From assembly GCA_001790095.1 (NCBI GenBank), contig MGBH01000001.1, forward strand, positions 150,001 through 182,000: DNA of 32,000 bases. The letters are read 5' to 3'. The notes beneath the pieces are model-generated. The model was not told the origin of the DNA. It worked only from the letters and a program-made list of their open reading frames with translations, and made no database searches. The stretch's first letter is position 1, and each line of letters begins with the position of its first letter. The stretch is from Candidatus Saccharimonadota bacterium (GTDB taxonomy: Bacteria; Patescibacteriota; Microgenomatia; UBA1406; GWC2-37-13). A program made the position numbers and the translations under genes. Shown piece after piece: positions 24,154-32,000 of the stretch.

Positions 24154-24159
24154 GATGTT

Positions 24160-24165
24160 ATTATA
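24160..24165 (-). promoter_or_regulatory. -10 box (TATAAT on the minus strand), 6 nt upstream of the cca ATG
   Basis: The minus strand reads agggTATAATaacatcATG. Confidence 0.45.
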
Positions 24166-24182
24166 CCCTAAAAAGGATATAC

Positions 24183-24737
24183 CTATTTCTGATTAAATAC
24201 TGCATTTTTTATTTTTTGTATTATGGCAGAATAATCTTTAAGTTTGATTTTGTTATATGCATTGTTAATACAGAACCAGGAAGCGTTATAAAATTCTTTT
24301 TTTAGATAAACAAAAGGCGTTTGTTCTCTACACAGGATGATATACCAAAGATCATAATGTGTTTCGCAGTAATTCTTACTTGACCTGACGTCTTTGATCG
24401 TTATGTCAAATAGAAAGACATCTTCATTGCTAAGTGTAAATGATAGTTCTTCATTAAACTCACGACGAACTGTTTGAAGGGGTGTTTCAGACGTATCAAT
24501 GTGTCCTCCTGGCGGTATCCAGTCTTGTGCTTTTTTGTGATGGACAAGATAAATTGATTTTGTTGCAAGATTAATGGGAAGAAAAAAACAACAGACATGG
24601 TCTTTTCGATTATTATCACGTATCAGATATGGTTCATCGGTTACGAATCTTAAGAATTTTCTTAAAGTATCCTTATTAACGTAAGGTTTATGCGCAAGTA
24701 AAGAGAATTCGTTAAGAAGTGTTTGTTTTAGATTCAT
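24183..24737 (-). CDS. NUDIX hydrolase (184 aa)
   Basis: The Nudix box is GGHIDTSETPLQTVRREFNEELS (Gx5Ex7REUxEE). It overlaps the nfo stop by 4 nt. Confidence 0.85.
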   Translation of the reverse strand: MNLKQTLLNEFSLLAHKPYVNKDTLRKFLRFVTDEPYLIRDNNRKDHVCCFFLPINLATKSIYLVHHKKAQDWIPPGGHIDTSETPLQTVRREFNEELSFTLSNEDVFLFDITIKDVRSSKNYCETHYDLWYIILCREQTPFVYLKKEFYNASWFCINNAYNKIKLKDYSAIIQKIKNAVFNQK

Positions 24738-25567
24738 ATAAGACCTTTAAGAATATCTAAGTTTCTCTTATCAGGGCCATTTCCGTCAAATCCTGGTGTT
24801 TCGATGATAAAAGGGATTTTCTTCAATTTCTCATGGTTAAGTAATAGTCTAAATGTATCGAGCCCGATGGTTCCTGTACCAATGTTCTCATGTCGATCGC
24901 GAAAGGATTTATAAGGATCTTTACTATCATTTAGATGCCATACGGCAATGTTATTAAGTCCAATTTGTTGATCAAAATCATGTAAGAACACATCTAATTT
25001 TTTATCTGATTGTATGTCATATCCTGCGCTAAAAAGATGGCACGTATCAAGACAAACCTTAACCCTGTCATTATCAACATCCCCAACAATCATTGCTATC
25101 TCTTCAATAGATTGACCGATTTTTTTATTGCCCGCATTTTCGATAATAAACAAAGAGTCAGTAGGTGTTTTGTCCAGTATTTCCTTAATATGGTTAATCA
25201 AAGTTTGATACTTTTCATTTGTCTTATTTCCCTTAAAAGAACCAAGATGAATAATGCTTCCTATGATGTCTAATTTTGATGCGGTTTCTAGTTCTTTTAT
25301 CAGGGAAAGTTTTGATAGATGTCCTATTTTGCCTTCATCTGCCAGGTTTATCAAATATGATGCATGAAAAAATACAGAGCTGATCAAAAGCTTTGTTTTT
25401 AGTTCCTTGAATTCTATGTTTTGAACTTCATCAAGTTTAACAAAGTTCCACCCGCGGGGTGACGATGCAAACATTTGGAGACAGTTTCCTCCAATGTTGT
25501 GAATTTTCCTTACAGCTTTGGTATAACCGCCAGCTATGGATACATGTGCTCCTAGTTTTATAGTCAT
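24734..25567 (-). CDS. nfo: Endonuclease IV (AP endonuclease, TIM-barrel)
   Basis: It shows GAHVSIAGG, FHASYLINL, IHLGS, IIENAG, CLDTCH, HLNDS, DRHENIG and IIETP, which is the full set of Nfo metal-ligand blocks. Confidence 0.95.
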   Translation of the reverse strand: MTIKLGAHVSIAGGYTKAVRKIHNIGGNCLQMFASSPRGWNFVKLDEVQNIEFKELKTKLLISSVFFHASYLINLADEGKIGHLSKLSLIKELETASKLDIIGSIIHLGSFKGNKTNEKYQTLINHIKEILDKTPTDSLFIIENAGNKKIGQSIEEIAMIVGDVDNDRVKVCLDTCHLFSAGYDIQSDKKLDVFLHDFDQQIGLNNIAVWHLNDSKDPYKSFRDRHENIGTGTIGLDTFRLLLNHEKLKKIPFIIETPGFDGNGPDKRNLDILKGLI

Positions 25568-25968
25568 AAAAGAGAAAGTAGTCTTTTCTTTATATTAATG
25601 GGAAATGTATATTGTTTTATATCTTTTTTTAAAATCCATGAGAAAGCCTCCAATTTGTTTTCAAGTTTAATTGTTTGCATAATTGTAGGCTCACACAAAA
25701 AATGCTGTGCATGAAAATATTTCCCACTCCCGATAAAGACATCTTCTCCGATCCATTCATAATTTTTTATGCGCAAGCCAACCTCTTCTTCAACCTCTCG
25801 GGTAAGAGCATCTATAATGGGTTCTTCTGGTTTTACTTTTCCTCCCGGAACAGTCCATAAACCAGGATCAATTTGTTCAAGAGGAGACTTTTTAATTATA
25901 AGAATTTTGCCCTTTTTATTTTTAATAAACGCAGTGACTGCAAGTACAATGGGGTATTTTTCGTACAT
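25564..25968 (-). CDS. NUDIX hydrolase, MutT-like (134 aa)
   Basis: The Nudix box is PGGKVKPEEPIIDALTREVEEEVGL. It is the first gene of the minus-strand operon. Confidence 0.85.
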   Translation of the reverse strand: MYEKYPIVLAVTAFIKNKKGKILIIKKSPLEQIDPGLWTVPGGKVKPEEPIIDALTREVEEEVGLRIKNYEWIGEDVFIGSGKYFHAQHFLCEPTIMQTIKLENKLEAFSWILKKDIKQYTFPINIKKRLLSLL

Positions 25969-25974
25969 AAAATG

Positions 25975-25983
25975 ATTATAACA
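25975..25983 (-). promoter_or_regulatory. Extended -10 box (TGtTATAAT on the minus strand), 6 nt upstream of the NUDIX operon ATG
   Basis: The minus strand reads aaTGtTATAATcattttATG. Confidence 0.6.
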
Positions 25984-25994
25984 TTAAAATCCCC

Positions 25995-26021
25995 TTGACA
26001 AAATTAGCAGAGATGTATTAT
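25995..26021 (+). promoter_or_regulatory. hrcA operon promoter: TTGACA, then a short spacer, then TG-TATTAT
   Basis: TTGACA at 25995-26000 and TATTAT at 26016-26021 (15-nt spacer, with TG immediately 5'). It overlaps the CIRCE-like operator. Confidence 0.5.
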
Positions 26022-26030
26022 CATTGCTAA
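26004..26030. promoter_or_regulatory. CIRCE-like HrcA operator (27 nt, 9-9-9 layout), with only the outer 6 bp of each arm complementary
   Basis: TTAGCAGAG-atgtattat-CATTGCTAA compares with the CIRCE consensus TTAGCACTC-N9-GAGTGCTAA. It sits between the promoter and the hrcA start. Confidence 0.7.
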
Positions 26031-26062
26031 AGCAACTAGTTGGAAGCAAATTAAGAAATAAT

Positions 26063-26803
26063 ATGGATGACATAACCCAAAGACAAACAGAGATATTAAA
26101 AGCAATCATAAAGGAATTCTCAGAATCAGGTGAGCCTGTGGGTTCGGAGATCTTGGAAAAGAAATACAAACTTGGTATTTCTCCAGCCACCATCCGTAAT
26201 GAAATGGTTTCACTTGCAAAGAATGGATATATCAAAAAAGCGCATTTTTCCTCAGGTAGGGTACCCTCGGCAAAAGGATTTCGCTTTTATATCAACAAAC
26301 TCATGAAGGAAAAAGAACTTTCAACCGCTGACGAAGTTGCATATAAAAATAGTATTTGGGACGATCGCAACGAACGGCATAAATTGCTTTCACAGGCGAC
26401 AAAAGTATTGGCGCATCGCACCGGATTGGTGTCAGTTGCAGCGACCAACAGCGGAGATATGTATTATTCAGGGCTTACTAACCTTTTAAATATCCACGAA
26501 TTTATCAACAGGGACCTTGAACAATATTTATTTGAGCGATTGGAAGAAATCCAATACTGGGAAAGAATTCTGCAGAGGCTTGATAAATTTGAAGGAGACG
26601 TATATTACATGTTAGGCGATGATGATTTGGGTGATCCTATGTATGAAGCTTGTGCAAGTGTTTTTGGTGAGTTTCAGGGAGAAAAAGTAAAGGGAATAAT
26701 TGGCGTAGTTGGTCCAAAACGGATGAACTATGACACGGTTTCCCCGCAGATCAAGTTTTTTTCATCTCTTCTGCAAGAAATCATAAAAACTCAGAATCTA
26801 TAA
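26063..26803 (+). CDS. hrcA: Heat-inducible transcription repressor HrcA (short, 246 aa)
   Basis: It has an N-terminal wHTH (RQTEILKAIIKEFSESGEPVGSEIL...ISPATIRNEM) and the C-terminal GVVGPKRMNY motif. The ATG at 26063 is preferred; the TTG at 26024 lies inside the operator. Confidence 0.9.
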   Translation: MDDITQRQTEILKAIIKEFSESGEPVGSEILEKKYKLGISPATIRNEMVSLAKNGYIKKAHFSSGRVPSAKGFRFYINKLMKEKELSTADEVAYKNSIWDDRNERHKLLSQATKVLAHRTGLVSVAATNSGDMYYSGLTNLLNIHEFINRDLEQYLFERLEEIQYWERILQRLDKFEGDVYYMLGDDDLGDPMYEACASVFGEFQGEKVKGIIGVVGPKRMNYDTVSPQIKFFSSLLQEIIKTQNL

Positions 26804-26816
26804 ATTAAGCATAAAT

Positions 26817-27311
26817 ATGACAGATAAAAAACTAGACACACAAGGTAAACAAACGATTGAGGACCAATTAAAAAAAATGAAGGAAGAGCTTGAAGTTACA
26901 AAAAAACTAGTTGAAGAGAATAAATCGAAATATTTACGAGCACTGGCAGATTATCAAAACTTGGAAAAACGAGTGATTGAGCAGAAAGGTGAAATTATCA
27001 AAGGAGCAAACAAAGGCCTCATACTCAGGCTACTATCTTTTCTTGACAATCTAGAGAAAGCTGAGATCTTTGTTAAAGATGAGCACTTAAAATTGATAAA
27101 AGAGTCATTTCAAAAGCTTTTGCATGAAGCAGGTTTGCGAGAAATCATAGTACAGGGAAAAGAGTATGATCCACATAATGCAGAAGTTCTTGATGTGGTT
27201 GAAGGGGAGAAAGAAGGAGTGGTCAAAGAGGTGTTAAGGAAAGGCTATGAGCTAAACGGTTGTATTTTGAGAGTTGCTCAGGTGAAAGTAACAAAACAAA
27301 AATTAACGTAA
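26817..27311 (+). CDS. grpE: Nucleotide exchange factor GrpE
   Basis: It shows YLRALADYQNLEKR, DPHNAEVL and LRVAQVKV. It occupies the canonical position between hrcA and dnaK. Confidence 0.9.
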   Translation: MTDKKLDTQGKQTIEDQLKKMKEELEVTKKLVEENKSKYLRALADYQNLEKRVIEQKGEIIKGANKGLILRLLSFLDNLEKAEIFVKDEHLKLIKESFQKLLHEAGLREIIVQGKEYDPHNAEVLDVVEGEKEGVVKEVLRKGYELNGCILRVAQVKVTKQKLT

Positions 27312-27339
27312 TTGTCTCATTTCATTATAAATTTAATAT
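27312..27339 (+). promoter_or_regulatory. Candidate internal promoter TTGTCT-16 nt-TAATAT, 6 nt upstream of the dnaK ATG
   Basis: TTGTCT at 27312-27317 and TAATAT at 27334-27339, followed by aaaaaa and then the ATG at 27346. No SD is present. Confidence 0.4.
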
Positions 27340-27345
27340 AAAAAA

Positions 27346-29241
27346 ATGGCTAAAGTAATAGGAATCGATCTCGGAACAACCAATTCATGTATTGCAGTTA
27401 TGGAAGGTGGAAAACCTAAGGTTATACATTCCCAAGAGGGGAGAAACGTTATTCCTTCGGTCGTTGATCCGGTTAAGCGGGTAGTTGGAGATGTGGCAAA
27501 ACGCCAGATGGCGATCAACCCAAAAAATACCATTTTCTCGATCAAACGCTTGATGGGTCGCAGAAAATCAGACCCTTCAGTACAGCAAGATGCAAAATGG
27601 TTACCATATAAAATAGTTGAAGGAAAAGATGGTGCCGCCTCAGTTGAAGTAAATGGGAAAGTATATACTCCTCAAGAGGTCTCTGCGATGATATTGCAAA
27701 AAATCAAATCAGATGCGGAAGCTTATTTAGGAGAAAAAGTTGAAAAAGCAGTAATTACCGTGCCGGCATATTTTGATGATTCCCAACGTCAGGCTACAAA
27801 ACAGGCAGGAGAGATCGCTGGACTTGAGGTAGTTCGTATTATTAACGAACCAACTGCAGCGGCTCTATCATACGGTTTGGACAAAAAACATGCCCATACC
27901 ATTGCGGTGTATGATCTTGGTGGAGGAACGTTTGATATAACCGTCTTAGAGCTTGGAGAAGGTGTTTTTCAGGTTAAGGCTACAAACGGTGACACTCATT
28001 TGGGCGGAGATGATTTTGACAAGATCATTTTAGATTATCTTGCAGATGAATTCAAAAAAGACAATGGGATCGACTTAAGAAAGGATTCCCAGGCTCTTCA
28101 ACGGTTAAGAGACGCGGCAGAAAAAGCAAAGATAGAACTTTCCTCATCACTTGAAGCAGAGATAAATTTGCCTTTCATAACCGTTAAAGATAATCAGCCT
28201 CTTCATCTCGTACACAAACTGACACGAGCCAAGCTTGAAGCCTTAATTGGTCATCTTATTCTAAACACCTTTGAGCCAGTCAAGGCATGTTTGAAAGACG
28301 CACACGTTGACGTATCAAAGATCGATGAGGTTGTCTTGGTTGGAGGTATGACAAGAATGCCAATGGTATTTGACAAAGTAAAGGAATTTTTTGGCAAAGA
28401 ACCAAATCGATCAGTAAATCCAGATGAAGTTGTTGCAGTGGGAGCAGCAATCCAAGCTGGAGTTTTGACAGGTGAGACAAAAGACGTGGTGCTTCTTGAT
28501 GTCACTCCTTTAACCCTTGGAGTTGAAACCTTGGGAGGGGTTGCTACATCGCTTATACAACGAAACACCACGGTTCCGACCACAAAATCTGAGATTTTTT
28601 CAACTGCAGGCGATAATCAAACTCAGGTTGAGATCCATATCGTTCAAGGGGAAAGACCTCTTGCAAAGGATAATAAATCTTTAGGAAGATTTATACTTGA
28701 TGGTATTCCACCTGCCCCCCGCGGCGTTCCTCAAGTTGAGGTATCCTTTGATATAGATGCAAACGGAATTTTGACTGTAACAGCAAAAGATAAGGCAACA
28801 GGTAAAACGCAAGCTATCAAAATAACAGGATCAACAGGACTATCCAAAGAACAGATTGAAACAATGAAAGAGGAAGCAGAAAAGCACGCTAGGGAGGATC
28901 AGGAAGAAAAAGAAAAAATCGAAGTTAAGAATAAAGCAGAAAACCTTATCTATGTCAGCGAAAAATCACTGAAAGATGCCGGAGATAAAACTCCAAAAGA
29001 ATTGCGTGAAGAAATTGAGAAAAAAATTAAAGAATTAAAAGAAGCTAAGGACAAGGGCTCAAAAGAAGTGGTTGAGGAAAAAACAAAGGCATTATCTGAT
29101 TCGTTGCAAAAAATTGGAGAACATATGTACCAAAACCAAAACAAACCTCAAGATCCGCATGTCAAGACTGAAGAAGAAAAAAAGGGTCCAACTAATGCAT
29201 CAGATAAAAAAGACGTAGAGGAAGGGGAAGTAGTAAAATAA
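27346..29241 (+). CDS. dnaK: Molecular chaperone DnaK (Hsp70)
   Basis: It shows [28 protein letters not shown] and a C-terminal lid with an acidic tail. Confidence 0.98.
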   Translation: MAKVIGIDLGTTNSCIAVMEGGKPKVIHSQEGRNVIPSVVDPVKRVVGDVAKRQMAINPKNTIFSIKRLMGRRKSDPSVQQDAKWLPYKIVEGKDGAASVEVNGKVYTPQEVSAMILQKIKSDAEAYLGEKVEKAVITVPAYFDDSQRQATKQAGEIAGLEVVRIINEPTAAALSYGLDKKHAHTIAVYDLGGGTFDITVLELGEGVFQVKATNGDTHLGGDDFDKIILDYLADEFKKDNGIDLRKDSQALQRLRDAAEKAKIELSSSLEAEINLPFITVKDNQPLHLVHKLTRAKLEALIGHLILNTFEPVKACLKDAHVDVSKIDEVVLVGGMTRMPMVFDKVKEFFGKEPNRSVNPDEVVAVGAAIQAGVLTGETKDVVLLDVTPLTLGVETLGGVATSLIQRNTTVPTTKSEIFSTAGDNQTQVEIHIVQGERPLAKDNKSLGRFILDGIPPAPRGVPQVEVSFDIDANGILTVTAKDKATGKTQAIKITGSTGLSKEQIETMKEEAEKHAREDQEEKEKIEVKNKAENLIYVSEKSLKDAGDKTPKELREEIEKKIKELKEAKDKGSKEVVEEKTKALSDSLQKIGEHMYQNQNKPQDPHVKTEEEKKGPTNASDKKDVEEGEVVK

Positions 29242-29244
29242 CAT

Positions 29245-30120
29245 ATGGATTATTATGAAGTATTGGGAGTTTCAAAAAATGCATCGGACGCTGAATTAAA
29301 AACTGCTTATCGTAAGCAGGCGCTGAAATGGCATCCAGATCGTAATAAGACACAGGGCGCAACTGATAAATTTAAAGAAATAAATCATGCCTATGAAGTA
29401 TTAAGTGATCAAAAGAAGCGGCAACTATATGACCAGTATGGTAAGGAAGCGTTTGAAAAAGGAGGATTTGGATCTAGTAGCTCAGGTCAAAGGACTCCCC
29501 ATGGAGGAGGATACGGACCGTTTACCTATACATATTCATCATCGGGTGGCGGGGGCGCCAATCCTTTTGAAGGAGTTGATTTTGGTGGTTTCTCCGACCC
29601 GTTTGACATATTTGAACAGTTCTTTGGTGGATTTGCTGGGAGTAATCAGCATACCAGAAAAAGGAGAGACGTATATGAACTTACGTTAACCTTTGATGAG
29701 GCCGTGCACGGTGTAGAAAAACAAACAGTCATAAAAGGGAGAAACAAAACCATAAAGATTCCGGCCGGAGTGGATGATGGTACTCGAATTCGGTTTCAGG
29801 ATTTTGATGTGCAAGTACGGGTCCAGCAACATGCTACATTCAAGAGGGAAGGGCAAGATATATATTTTGAAAAGGAAATATCATTTCCTTTGGCTGTTTT
29901 GGGAGGAGTGGTTGACGTTCCAACTATTTCCGGTTCAGTTCAACTACGGGTCAGACCAGGTACAAAATCAGGTACTACCATTCGATTACGTGGACAAGGA
30001 GTGGCATATCCTCAATCTTCACGAAAGGGAGATGAATATGTAACCTATCGGATCAAAGTACCTGAGCACATGTCTCATAAAGGAAGAAAACTCCTAGAGG
30101 AGTTGGAAAAAGAAATATAA
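29245..30120 (+). CDS. dnaJ: J-domain co-chaperone, type II (CbpA-like): J domain, G/F region and C-terminal domains, with no zinc-finger domain
   Basis: It starts DYYEVLGV...HPDRNK (the HPD motif), followed by a Gly/Phe-rich linker and beta-sandwich C-terminal domains. The protein contains no cysteine at all, so it has no CxxCxGxG repeats. Confidence 0.9.
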   Translation: MDYYEVLGVSKNASDAELKTAYRKQALKWHPDRNKTQGATDKFKEINHAYEVLSDQKKRQLYDQYGKEAFEKGGFGSSSSGQRTPHGGGYGPFTYTYSSSGGGGANPFEGVDFGGFSDPFDIFEQFFGGFAGSNQHTRKRRDVYELTLTFDEAVHGVEKQTVIKGRNKTIKIPAGVDDGTRIRFQDFDVQVRVQQHATFKREGQDIYFEKEISFPLAVLGGVVDVPTISGSVQLRVRPGTKSGTTIRLRGQGVAYPQSSRKGDEYVTYRIKVPEHMSHKGRKLLEELEKEI

Positions 30121-30131
30121 TGTCTACCCAA

Positions 30132-30160
30132 TTGACAAAAGGCTAATACGAGCATACAAT
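30132..30160 (+). promoter_or_regulatory. Sigma-70 promoter TTGACA-17 nt-TACAAT upstream of efp
   Basis: TTGACA at 30132-30137, a 17-nt spacer, and TACAAT at 30155-30160. A second extended -10, TGaTATAAT, lies at 30179-30187. The resulting leader is 39-66 nt. Confidence 0.6.
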
Positions 30161-30226
30161 ATGAACTTGCAATTATGCTGATATAATCAGTATAAGACGT
30201 AGTTATTATATTAATAAATATATCAT

Positions 30227-30793
30227 ATGAAAACAAACGCAGGAAGTCTTAAGAAAGGTGAGTTTATTCGTTATCAGGGCGATATATGGCAGGTTCAAAA
30301 AGCAGATTTTTATTCTCCTGGTAAGGGATCAGCTCTCATGAAAGCTCGGATCAAAAACATTATTTCCGCAAAAAACATTGAGTATGCATTTAAATCAAAC
30401 GAAGAGATAGAAACTTTGGAGGTAGAATGTGTTGAGATGCAGTATTTATATAAAGATACAGAAAACGTATATTTTATGGATCAACGTACATACAATCAGT
30501 TCAGTCTTCCGCTTGACGTCATCGGAGAACCAGTCAAATTTTTGAAAGAAGGCAAATCATATTTTGTATATGTACATGAGGAAAAAGCTCTTACCATGCG
30601 ACCAGCATTGAGTGTCAAACTAAAGATCATTGAGACGGACGCCGCAGTAAAGGGAGATACCGTATCGGGAGCAAAGAAACCGGCAAAGGTAGAAACAGGC
30701 GTTACTGTTATGGTCCCCTTATTTGTAAAAGTAGGCGACCTTATCACCGTAAATCCGGAGACAGGTGAGTATGGTGAAAGAGTAAAAGAGTAA
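30227..30793 (+). CDS. efp: Elongation factor P
   Basis: It shows SLKKGEFIRYQGDIWQV...SPGKGSALMKARIKN (a Lys-type modification loop). The length of 188 aa is typical. Confidence 0.95.
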   Translation: MKTNAGSLKKGEFIRYQGDIWQVQKADFYSPGKGSALMKARIKNIISAKNIEYAFKSNEEIETLEVECVEMQYLYKDTENVYFMDQRTYNQFSLPLDVIGEPVKFLKEGKSYFVYVHEEKALTMRPALSVKLKIIETDAAVKGDTVSGAKKPAKVETGVTVMVPLFVKVGDLITVNPETGEYGERVKE

Positions 30794-30823
30794 CTTCAGT
30801 TTACAAACGTTATAACTAAATTC

Positions 30824-31447
30824 ATGCTTTCAGTTGGAGAGATACTGCAAAAGGAACGAATAAAAAAGGGATATCCCCTCTTGTTGGTCGAGAAACAGAT
30901 TAAGGTAAGAGAAAAATTTTTACGTGCAATAGAAGAAAACAATTGGAATTTTTTTTCTTCAAAAATCTACATAACAGGAGTGATTAAAAACTATGCTATT
31001 TTTTTGGGATTAGATTATCGGAAAATTCTTGCTTTTTTCAGAAGAGAATATGGTAGGAAAGAAGATATGCGCTTCAAAAAAAAAGTCTCAAGCTCATATC
31101 TTATATCTGATACTAAAAAAATTGCAACAGCAATACTTGTCATAGTATCATTTTTTTTTATTACATATTTTGGATATCAGATGGTAGTGTACTTAACTCC
31201 ACCAAAAGTTTCGATTATTGAACCTACGCAAACACATTTTAAACGAATAGATAAAATCAAGATCGTTGGGAAAACTGAAAAAGAAGCAGCTGTGACGATA
31301 TTTGGCGAGCGTGTATACCAAAATAAAGACGGTATTTTTGAGTACGAATTTCCCCTCAAAAAGAAAAATAACAAACTTACCATTGAAGTAATTGGAGCAA
31401 ATGGAAAGAAAACGGTTCTTGTAAGGGAATACATTAAAGAGCAATGA
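30824..31447 (+). CDS. RodZ-like helix-turn-helix membrane protein
   Basis: It has an XRE-type HTH (SVGEILQKERIKKGYPLLLVEKQIKVREKFLRAIEENNW), then YITGVIKNYAIFLGLD, one TM helix and a small extracytoplasmic domain. Confidence 0.6.
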   Translation: MLSVGEILQKERIKKGYPLLLVEKQIKVREKFLRAIEENNWNFFSSKIYITGVIKNYAIFLGLDYRKILAFFRREYGRKEDMRFKKKVSSSYLISDTKKIATAILVIVSFFFITYFGYQMVVYLTPPKVSIIEPTQTHFKRIDKIKIVGKTEKEAAVTIFGERVYQNKDGIFEYEFPLKKKNNKLTIEVIGANGKKTVLVREYIKEQ

Positions 31448-32000
31448 TGTCTTTTATCTTTTTGATTGACTGGATATTTTTTGAGGAGTAGATGTTTTTA
31501 AACCCAAGCCTTCTTGACTCACTGATAATTTTATCTTCAGCAAACCCCCTTCTCACTTCACCAAGAAGTCCAACCTCACCAATAAATACCGTTTTCTTAG
31601 AGATAGAGATGTTTTTAAGTGACGAATAAAGTGATGAGATGATGCCAAGATCAGCTAATGTTGAGGTGATTTTAACACCGCCTATTACATTGACATATAT
31701 ATCAAAACGGTCAAGCTGCAAATTTAGGTGTTTTTTGATGACCGCAAGAAGAAGCTGAACTTTATTGTAGTCGACTCCTTTTACTACTCGGCGGGGGATG
31801 GATAAAACTGTAGGTACGGCGAGAGTCTGAATTTCATAAAAAAGCTGGCGCTTTCCTTCGTTTACCCCAACAATTGATTTCCCAGGAACAAGCTCATTTA
31901 CATCATCTAAAAAAACAAGCGGATTGGTTACCTCATAGAGTCCTCCTTCTTTCATCTCAAAGATACCAATTTCATCAGTTGAACCAAATCGGTTTTTTGA
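31434..32000 (-). CDS. radA: DNA repair protein RadA/Sms, C-terminal part (the N-terminus lies beyond the right edge)
   Basis: The frame is open to base 32000. The minus strand reads SKNRFGSTDEIGIFEMKEGGLYEVTNP..., followed by the Lon-protease-like C-terminal domain (GGVKITSTLADLGI...FIGEVGLLGEVR). Confidence 0.9.
   Translation of the reverse strand, partial: SKNRFGSTDEIGIFEMKEGGLYEVTNPLVFLDDVNELVPGKSIVGVNEGKRQLFYEIQTLAVPTVLSIPRRVVKGVDYNKVQLLLAVIKKHLNLQLDRFDIYVNVIGGVKITSTLADLGIISSLYSSLKNISISKKTVFIGEVGLLGEVRRGFAEDKIISESRRLGFKNIYSSKNIQSIKKIKDIIAL

Noticed and set aside
26024-26062. TTG-start N-terminal extension of hrcA (MLKQLVGSKLRNN...)
   Set aside because: The TTG lies inside the right arm of the CIRCE-like operator and within a few nt of the -10 box. 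The ATG at 26063 gives the normal HrcA N-terminus.
28251-28583. 110-aa ORF antisense to dnaK, and similar long antisense or out-of-frame ORFs at 6993-7409, 13085-13417, 13520-13924, 15272-15610 and 20964-21317
   Set aside because: All lie within strongly supported genes (dnaK, recJ, rplY, the DUF4012 gene, secD). Long antisense open frames are a known by-product of codon bias, classically in hsp70 genes. None has a recognisable motif or start context.
30161-30181. 6-codon uORF (ATG AAC TTG CAA TTA TGC TGA) in the efp leader
   Set aside because: It starts immediately after the TACAAT -10 box, so it lies upstream of or at the predicted TSS. It has no RBS. In AT-rich DNA such mini-ORFs are expected by chance.
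1-32000. CRISPR arrays, transposases, integrases, phage genes, toxin-antitoxin pairs or known defence genes
   Set aside because: No spaced direct repeats, no terminal inverted repeats and no recombinase, nuclease or ATPase signatures were seen outside the housekeeping recJ, rmuC, radA and nfo genes. RmuC here has the ordinary TM, coiled-coil and core layout, and sits alone.

Overview
The window is a very gene-dense (about 95% coding), AT-rich bacterial segment made up almost entirely of housekeeping genes. I found no rRNA, tRNA, CRISPR array, transposase or integrase, and no non-coding gap longer than about 170 nt. TGA is used as a stop codon (secD, secF), so this is the standard code.

Gene content: a partial group-3b-like [NiFe] hydrogenase; aspS, recJ and rmuC; a DUF4012-rplY-nusA-infB operon; secDF; a NUDIX-nfo-NUDIX-cca operon; hrcA-grpE-dnaK-dnaJ; efp and radA.

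This content, together with short domain-reduced proteins (485-aa IF-2, 247-aa HrcA, cysteine-free DnaJ) and families such as DUF4012 and DUF5679, fits a reduced-genome Patescibacteria/CPR-like organism. That placement is inference only; no search was possible.

I do not see a discrete accessory island or an obvious defence system. The observations most worth follow-up are:
1. A recurring promoter architecture: (TGn)TAnnnT boxes 6-8 nt upstream of start codons, implying widespread leaderless mRNAs.
2. An archaeal-type AspRS fused to a C-terminal YbaK/ProX-like deacylase domain.
3. A hydrogenase small subunit cut down to one cluster, with a tandem-Cys motif.
4. Two apparently catalytically degenerate enzymes: a cca with NxD in place of DxD, and a DHH-like protein downstream of infB.
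5. A divergent Prs-like protein.
6. A 47-aa zinc-ribbon gene missing from the ORF track.

All family assignments were made by eye from motifs and need HMM/BLAST confirmation.
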